A stretch of 64,000 nucleotides of DNA from Niastella caeni (lineage in GTDB: Bacteria > Bacteroidota > Bacteroidia > Chitinophagales > Chitinophagaceae), in NCBI RefSeq assembly GCF_004834005.1, contig NZ_STFF01000009.1, forward strand, positions 90,649 to 154,648, read 5' to 3'. Positions 58,765 to 64,000 of this stretch are shown here, in pieces; within the stretch, counting starts at the first letter, position 1, and each line of letters begins with the position of its first letter. Both the position numbers and the translations under genes were made by a program. The notes under the pieces were generated by a model. The model worked only from the letters and a program-made list of their open reading frames with translations. It was not told the DNA's origin and made no database searches.

Positions 58765-60357
58765 ATGAAAAAGACATCCCTGCTTTTCATTGCAATAGGT
58801 TTTGCAACCCTTGTATGGGGCCAAAAAGCCGACGCTGTAATAGATATACAACATTATGGGTTTTCAATAACGCTTACCGATACAAGCGATCAAATAAAAG
58901 GGAAAGCAACGATTGATGTATTGTTTACAAAAGACACCAGCACCATCACGCTCGACCTTATTTCCCAAAACAATAACCGCAAGGGAATGGCGGTATTGCA
59001 GGTCACCGAAAATGGAAAACCGCTTGCTTATACGCATATCAACAATCTACTTACTATTTCCTTCGCAACAAATATTAAACGAGGTGAACTTAAAAATATA
59101 GAGATCACTTACGAAGGCATTCCTGATGATGGATTGATCATTTCCAAAAACAAATTCAACCACCGCGTTTTTTTCGCCGACAACTGGCCTAACCGCGCCC
59201 GTCACTGGTTGCCCTGCGTTGATCATCCGGCCGATAAAGCCCCGCTTGATTTTATTGTAACCGCGCCGGCTCATTACCAGGTCATCTCCAACGGTATTAA
59301 AATTGAAGATTCCATCCTAACCAATCAGCAACGACGTACACACTATAAAGAAACCACGCCGCTTTCAACCAAAATAATGGTGATCGGGGTAGCCGGATTT
59401 GCCATTCAGGAAGCAGGTAAAGTAAATGATATTCCTGTATCGAGCTGGGTATATCCTGAGGAAAAAGACAAAGGATTTTACGATTATGCCCTGGCAGTTG
59501 ACATTCTTCCTTACTTCATAAAAAATGTTGGCCCCTATGCCTTTAAAAAATTGGCCAATGTAGAATCGACCACCATGTTTGGCGGTATGGAAAACGCCAG
59601 CGCTATTTTTTATTCTGATGAAACATCTATCACCGGCAAACGTAAAAGCGAATCGTTACTGGCGCATGAAATAGCCCACCAGTGGTTTGGCGATATGGCT
59701 ACAGAAGCAGATTGGAGCCACCTGTGGCTAAGCGAAGGCTTTGCTACTTACATGACTATTTTATATTTCGAGCATAAATATGGCATCGACACGGCGAAGT
59801 ACATGTTATCAAAGAACCGGCAGATCGTCATTGACTTTGCCAGGAAGAAATTACATCCGGTTGTTGATTCATCCGTTACCAATTATATGGACCTGTTGAA
59901 TGCCAACTCTTACCAAAAAGGCGGCTGGGTGTTGCACATGTTACGCCGCCAATTGGGCGATTCAACTTTCTGGAAAGGCATTCAAACCTACTATAGCCGG
60001 TATGCCGGAAAAAATGCCGTAACCGGCGATCTGCACAAAGTAATGGAAGAAGTATCGGGCCAGCCCCTGAAACAATTCTTTCAACAATGGTTGTTTACGG
60101 CCGGGCATCCCAAACTGGATATTAAATGGAAATACAATCCCGCTAAAAAAGAAGTAAACATTACTGTTATACAGCATCAAAATGAGGTGTTTCATTTTCC
60201 CCTTGAATTACAAATTGGAAGCACCCTTTCAAAACAGGTAATGATCAAAAACCGGGAAACCCATTTTACCATTCCGGTAACCGCAAAACCCACCACCGTT
60301 ACTGCCGACCCGCAGGTAAACCTGTTGTTTGAAGGCACTATAAAGGAAGCGAATTAG
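58765..60357 (+). CDS. M1-family zinc aminopeptidase (secreted)
   Basis: GAMEN-like GGMEN, HEIAHQWFGD (HExxH), plus WLSEGFATY. Confidence 0.8.
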   Translation: MKKTSLLFIAIGFATLVWGQKADAVIDIQHYGFSITLTDTSDQIKGKATIDVLFTKDTSTITLDLISQNNNRKGMAVLQVTENGKPLAYTHINNLLTISFATNIKRGELKNIEITYEGIPDDGLIISKNKFNHRVFFADNWPNRARHWLPCVDHPADKAPLDFIVTAPAHYQVISNGIKIEDSILTNQQRRTHYKETTPLSTKIMVIGVAGFAIQEAGKVNDIPVSSWVYPEEKDKGFYDYALAVDILPYFIKNVGPYAFKKLANVESTTMFGGMENASAIFYSDETSITGKRKSESLLAHEIAHQWFGDMATEADWSHLWLSEGFATYMTILYFEHKYGIDTAKYMLSKNRQIVIDFARKKLHPVVDSSVTNYMDLLNANSYQKGGWVLHMLRRQLGDSTFWKGIQTYYSRYAGKNAVTGDLHKVMEEVSGQPLKQFFQQWLFTAGHPKLDIKWKYNPAKKEVNITVIQHQNEVFHFPLELQIGSTLSKQVMIKNRETHFTIPVTAKPTTVTADPQVNLLFEGTIKEAN

Positions 60358-60434
60358 CAAGCTGCCCCATCAAATAACAATTTTTCATTATCTTTCCACA
60401 CCGTGTATGCGCGGGATAACCATAAACTTTATTC

Positions 60435-61979
60435 ATGCTTGTCAAAACGTATGGAAGTGCCGTATATGGCGTAGAAGCCATTACGATCACCGTAGAAGTG
60501 AATGTAATGCCGGGTAACATTCACTATTACATTGTAGGGCTGCCAGATAATGCGGTAAAAGAAAGCCTGCAACGGGTAGAAAGCGCTATAAAAACAATCG
60601 GGTACCAGATGCCTCGCACAAAACTGGTCATTAATTTAGCGCCTGCCGATATAAAAAAAAGTGGTTCCTCATTCGATCTGGCCATTGCCATTGGAATACT
60701 CGCAGCGAACAATCAACTGAACAATCCGGATAAGTTAAAAGATTATATGATCATGGGTGAGCTCAACCTCGATGGAACAGTTCACCCGATAAAAGGCGCA
60801 TTGCCTATTGCTATTACTGCCCGCAAGGAAGGCTTCAAAGGCCTGATAGTTCCCAAACAAAATTGTAGGGAAGCAGGCATGGTGAATAGCTTACCGGTAT
60901 ATGGCATAGAGCAACTTACCGAGTTGATCGGCTTTATGAATGACGATCATAATTTACAACCGGTAGCCGTAAATACCCGTGATGAATTCTTCCAGGCGCA
61001 GCATGAATTTGAATTTGATTTCAGTGAAGTAAAAGGACAGGAGAATATTAAACGGGCATTGGAAATTGCAGCAGCCGGCGGCCATAATGCCATCCTAATT
61101 GGTCCGCCAGGCGCCGGTAAAACCATGTTGGCTAAACGATTGCCCACTATTCTACCGCCATTATCTTTAAAAGAAGCACTCGAAACCACCAAGATACATT
61201 CCGTAGCAGGCAAGCTGCCTGCGCATGCAACACTGATCGCCAAAAGGCCCTTCCGCTCACCGCATCATACCATTAGCGATGTAGCTTTGGTAGGTGGCGG
61301 CGGTATTCCCCAGCCCGGAGAAATTTCACTGGCGCATAATGGGGTGCTGTTCCTCGATGAATTACCCGAGTTCAAGCGCAGTGTGCTGGAAGTAATGCGC
61401 CAGCCGATGGAAGAGCGTCGGGTAACCATCAGCCGGGCAAAAGTAGCTATCGACTTCCCCGCCAGCTTTATGTTGATATCGTCTATGAATCCCTGCCCCT
61501 GCGGCTTCTACAACCATCCCGAAAAAGAATGTACCTGCGCGCCGGGCGCAGTTCATAAATACCTGAATAAAATCTCCGGGCCTTTACTGGATCGTATAGA
61601 CCTGCATGTAGAAGTAACGCCTGTACCTTTTAACGACCTGAGCATGCAAAACAACGCAGAGCCGTCAGAAGCTATTCGCACAAGAGTTATTAATGCGCGC
61701 GCCATACAAACAGAGCGGTATACAAACAACACGGGTATTTACTGCAATGCACAAATGAGCAGTAAACTGCTGAAAGAAGTGTGTGTGCTTGATGCTACGG
61801 GCCAAACTTTATTAAAAACAGCTATGCACAAACTTAATTTATCGGCCCGGGCTTATGATCGCATCTTAAAAGTAAGCCGCACTATTGCCGACCTGGCAGC
61901 GAGTGAAACCATATCACCGGCACATATTGCGGAAGCCATTACATATAGAAACCTCGATAGAGAAGGTTGGGGAGCATGA
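60435..61979 (+). CDS. YifB/ComM-family Mg-chelatase-like AAA+ ATPase
   Basis: Lon-like N-domain, Walker A GPPGAGKTMLAKR, and the C-terminal ChlI/zinc-finger-like region CPCGFYNHPEKECTC. Confidence 0.9.
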   Translation: MLVKTYGSAVYGVEAITITVEVNVMPGNIHYYIVGLPDNAVKESLQRVESAIKTIGYQMPRTKLVINLAPADIKKSGSSFDLAIAIGILAANNQLNNPDKLKDYMIMGELNLDGTVHPIKGALPIAITARKEGFKGLIVPKQNCREAGMVNSLPVYGIEQLTELIGFMNDDHNLQPVAVNTRDEFFQAQHEFEFDFSEVKGQENIKRALEIAAAGGHNAILIGPPGAGKTMLAKRLPTILPPLSLKEALETTKIHSVAGKLPAHATLIAKRPFRSPHHTISDVALVGGGGIPQPGEISLAHNGVLFLDELPEFKRSVLEVMRQPMEERRVTISRAKVAIDFPASFMLISSMNPCPCGFYNHPEKECTCAPGAVHKYLNKISGPLLDRIDLHVEVTPVPFNDLSMQNNAEPSEAIRTRVINARAIQTERYTNNTGIYCNAQMSSKLLKEVCVLDATGQTLLKTAMHKLNLSARAYDRILKVSRTIADLAASETISPAHIAEAITYRNLDREGWGA

Positions 61980-62055
61980 TGTGGCAATCAGTTAATACGT
62001 ATGATGGCAAGAGAAAAAATAAAGGTGGCAAGCAGTAAGAACTATTCAACTCTAA

Positions 62056-62814
62056 CTAGTTCTGTATCGTTTTAAGTGAAGGCGTGTTATAACCTTCTGC
62101 AGACATTTTTTGCTGGCTTTTGCTTTTAAAGACCCTTGCAATAACTTCTCCAATGATCTGGGCGCCAGTTTTACGCACAATGCGAATATCTAACCAAAAG
62201 TTTGCATTACGTACATAAAAAGCATCGAACTGGTAACGGTGGAAAATACTTTCGAAATCTTTTGTAGGACCACGGTAACCTTTGATCTGAGCCAAACCGG
62301 TAATACCAGGCTTTACCAGATTCCTGAATTTATATCCGGAAATAGCATTAGCAAACTTATTGCAATCTGCATACATATGTGGGCGGGGGCCAACAATACT
62401 CATGTGGCCCAGTAAAACATTAATAAACTGAGGGAACTCATCTAAACCGGTAACCCGTAAAAACTGGCCTATTCTTGTTATGCGGGGGTCATTCTCGCTT
62501 GCCTGACGAATATCAGCTTCCCTGTTAATATACATAGTACGCAGCTTATAGCACCAGAATACCCGGCCTAAAAAACCAACGCGTTTTTGCTTAAAGAAAA
62601 CAGGCCCTCTTGAATCAAGTTTAATAAGCACCATTAAGATGGGTAACAGCCACGATAATACCAATACGATGATCATCAGGGATGTAACGATATCAAAACA
62701 CCGTTTTGCAATGAAATATCCCTGCTTACGTTCCAAGTATAGCCTGAGAGAAGGGGAATGCTCGGTGAAAAACTTTACTCTTTTATAAACTAAATTTTCA
62801 GGTTGCTCGATCAT
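62056..62814 (-). CDS. Bacterial sugar transferase (undecaprenyl-phosphate hexose-1-phosphate transferase, WcaJ/WbaP C-terminal type)
   Basis: CFDIVTSLMIIVLVL...IKLDSRGPVFFKQKRVG...DEFPQFINVLLGHMSIVGPRP. Confidence 0.85.
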   Translation of the reverse strand: MIEQPENLVYKRVKFFTEHSPSLRLYLERKQGYFIAKRCFDIVTSLMIIVLVLSWLLPILMVLIKLDSRGPVFFKQKRVGFLGRVFWCYKLRTMYINREADIRQASENDPRITRIGQFLRVTGLDEFPQFINVLLGHMSIVGPRPHMYADCNKFANAISGYKFRNLVKPGITGLAQIKGYRGPTKDFESIFHRYQFDAFYVRNANFWLDIRIVRKTGAQIIGEVIARVFKSKSQQKMSAEGYNTPSLKTIQN

Positions 62815-63281
62815 AGCATAGGTATTATGGTTTCTTCCAGGATGCTGTTAACGAATTTAGCACCGTATTAGTACATCGGTATGGCTTTAACTACACTTTT
62901 AACATCTAAAACAGCGAAATTCATCTAATTCCCTAACAACTAAATGTTAAAACAACAGGACAAATCCGTAAAAGTACACCATTGACAGTGCAAACTTAAG
63001 AAAGGTTGCACCAAAAAAGGTTTAAAAAAAAATTCCTGATTTAATTTCAATGTAAGTCCGTTCACGAATATTCTCTAAAACTGCACACTTATTGCTAAAA
63101 CAGCACAGTTATTGCCTTATTTAACACACTTTATAAAGTTTTATACTTTTTTTAAAGCAACGTTTTAACCCATTTTTGCACTCCATTAGTACACAAATGT
63201 TTAAAAATGCTTTTACATTTGCACTATAATTAAAAACCACTGTCATTGAAGGTTAGATTTCGTATAACCGTTAATTAGATC

Positions 63282-64000
63282 ATGAAATCTTATCCCCAAA
63301 AAATTGATTTTTACCTGTTAATACCCTTCTACAATAACCTACCGGGGCTGCTTCATTCGTTACAAAGTGTACAATATGATGCAGATAAGTATACAGTGGT
63401 GATTGTCGATGATGGTAGCAGTCAGCCTATTACCCTTGATGATGTATATAAAGGAATTTCACGGGATGTATCTGTTGAAATTCTACAATTGCCTTGTAAT
63501 AAGGGTATTACAATTGCCTTGAATACCGGGTTACAATGGATCCTGAAGCAAAACAATGCTCCCTTTATAGCACGGCTCGATTGTGGGGATACCTGTACAC
63601 CTGAACGATTTTATCACCAGGTAACCTTTTTAAAGCAGCATTCGCAAATTAAACTCGTTGGTAGCTGGTGCATCTTTAAAGATAACACCACCAATGCAGC
63701 ATATCGTTATATAACCCCTACTCAACATAAAAAAATTAAAAGGGGTATGCATTTTCGGAATATTTTCATCCATCCTACTGTTATGTGGCGAATTGATGCG
63801 ATGAAAGATAATGAGCTATATCCTGACACTTATCCAGATGCCGAAGATTATGGATTCTTTTACCAGCTCATGCAGAAAGGCGAATGCGCCATTATTCCCG
63901 AATACCTGGTAACGTGCGAAATAAATCACAAAGGTATTTCGCTGAGTTCCAGGAAAAAGCAACTTAAAAGCCGCATTAAAGTAGTTAAAGAATACGGAAG
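63282..64000 (+). CDS. Family-2 glycosyltransferase (partial; runs off the window end)
   Basis: Manual translation MKSYPQKIDFYLLIPFYNNLPGLLHSLQSVQYDADKYTVVIVDDGSSQP (GT2 N-terminus with DxD context). Confidence 0.65.
   Translation, partial: MKSYPQKIDFYLLIPFYNNLPGLLHSLQSVQYDADKYTVVIVDDGSSQPITLDDVYKGISRDVSVEILQLPCNKGITIALNTGLQWILKQNNAPFIARLDCGDTCTPERFYHQVTFLKQHSQIKLVGSWCIFKDNTTNAAYRYITPTQHKKIKRGMHFRNIFIHPTVMWRIDAMKDNELYPDTYPDAEDYGFFYQLMQKGECAIIPEYLVTCEINHKGISLSSRKKQLKSRIKVVKEYG

Overview
This is a 64-kb chromosomal segment that looks like Bacteroidota, most likely Sphingobacteriia/Chitinophagaceae. The evidence is: secreted proteins carrying type IX secretion system (T9SS) C-terminal sorting domains, PorT-family and TonB-C-only proteins, LytTR and TetR regulators, AAA-rich leaders without Shine-Dalgarno (SD) sequences, and frequent TTG/GTG starts. 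All family assignments rest on motif recognition in the translated ORFs; no database search was possible.

The window is gene-dense, with about 50 CDS. Most are housekeeping or envelope genes:
- hpt, atpD and atpC, dnaX, a pyruvate dehydrogenase (PDH) E2, engB, ubiE, a dihydroorotase-like gene, yifB/comM and an M1 aminopeptidase.
- a TetR-controlled resistance-nodulation-division (RND) efflux operon (tetR, tolC-like, membrane fusion protein (MFP), RND pump) with palindromic operator candidates.
- an NfeD-flotillin pair.
- a TPR histidine kinase (HK) plus LytTR response regulator next to a giant T9SS adhesin-like protein.
- the start of a polysaccharide locus (sugar transferase and a GT2).

The most interesting items are:
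1. A four-to-five-gene phenolic-lipid cluster similar to Srs but with an added prenyltransferase: UbiA prenyltransferase, type III polyketide synthase (PKS), SAM methyltransferase, FAD oxidoreductase and a secreted protein. A perfect 12-bp hairpin abuts its first start codon.
2. An A9 tract in dnaX at the position equivalent to the end of gamma, with stop codons in both the +1 and -1 frames. This resembles the Thermus mechanism of transcriptional slippage that makes gamma from tau.
3. A genuine receiver (REC) gene followed by a fusion of a degenerate receiver to a polyprenyl-phosphate sugar transferase.
4. A 39-nt, roughly 92% identical leader element that directly abuts the start codons of atpC and the RND pump.
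5. Several dispersed intergenic repeat and inverted-repeat families: GGTAACC-rich pairs, CAAACCAYAAAC units, and an 11-bp tandem array.
6. Two small disrupted genes: an SDR N-terminal remnant, and a small lipoprotein carrying compensating homopolymer frameshifts.

There is no CRISPR array, rRNA, tRNA or obvious mobile element.
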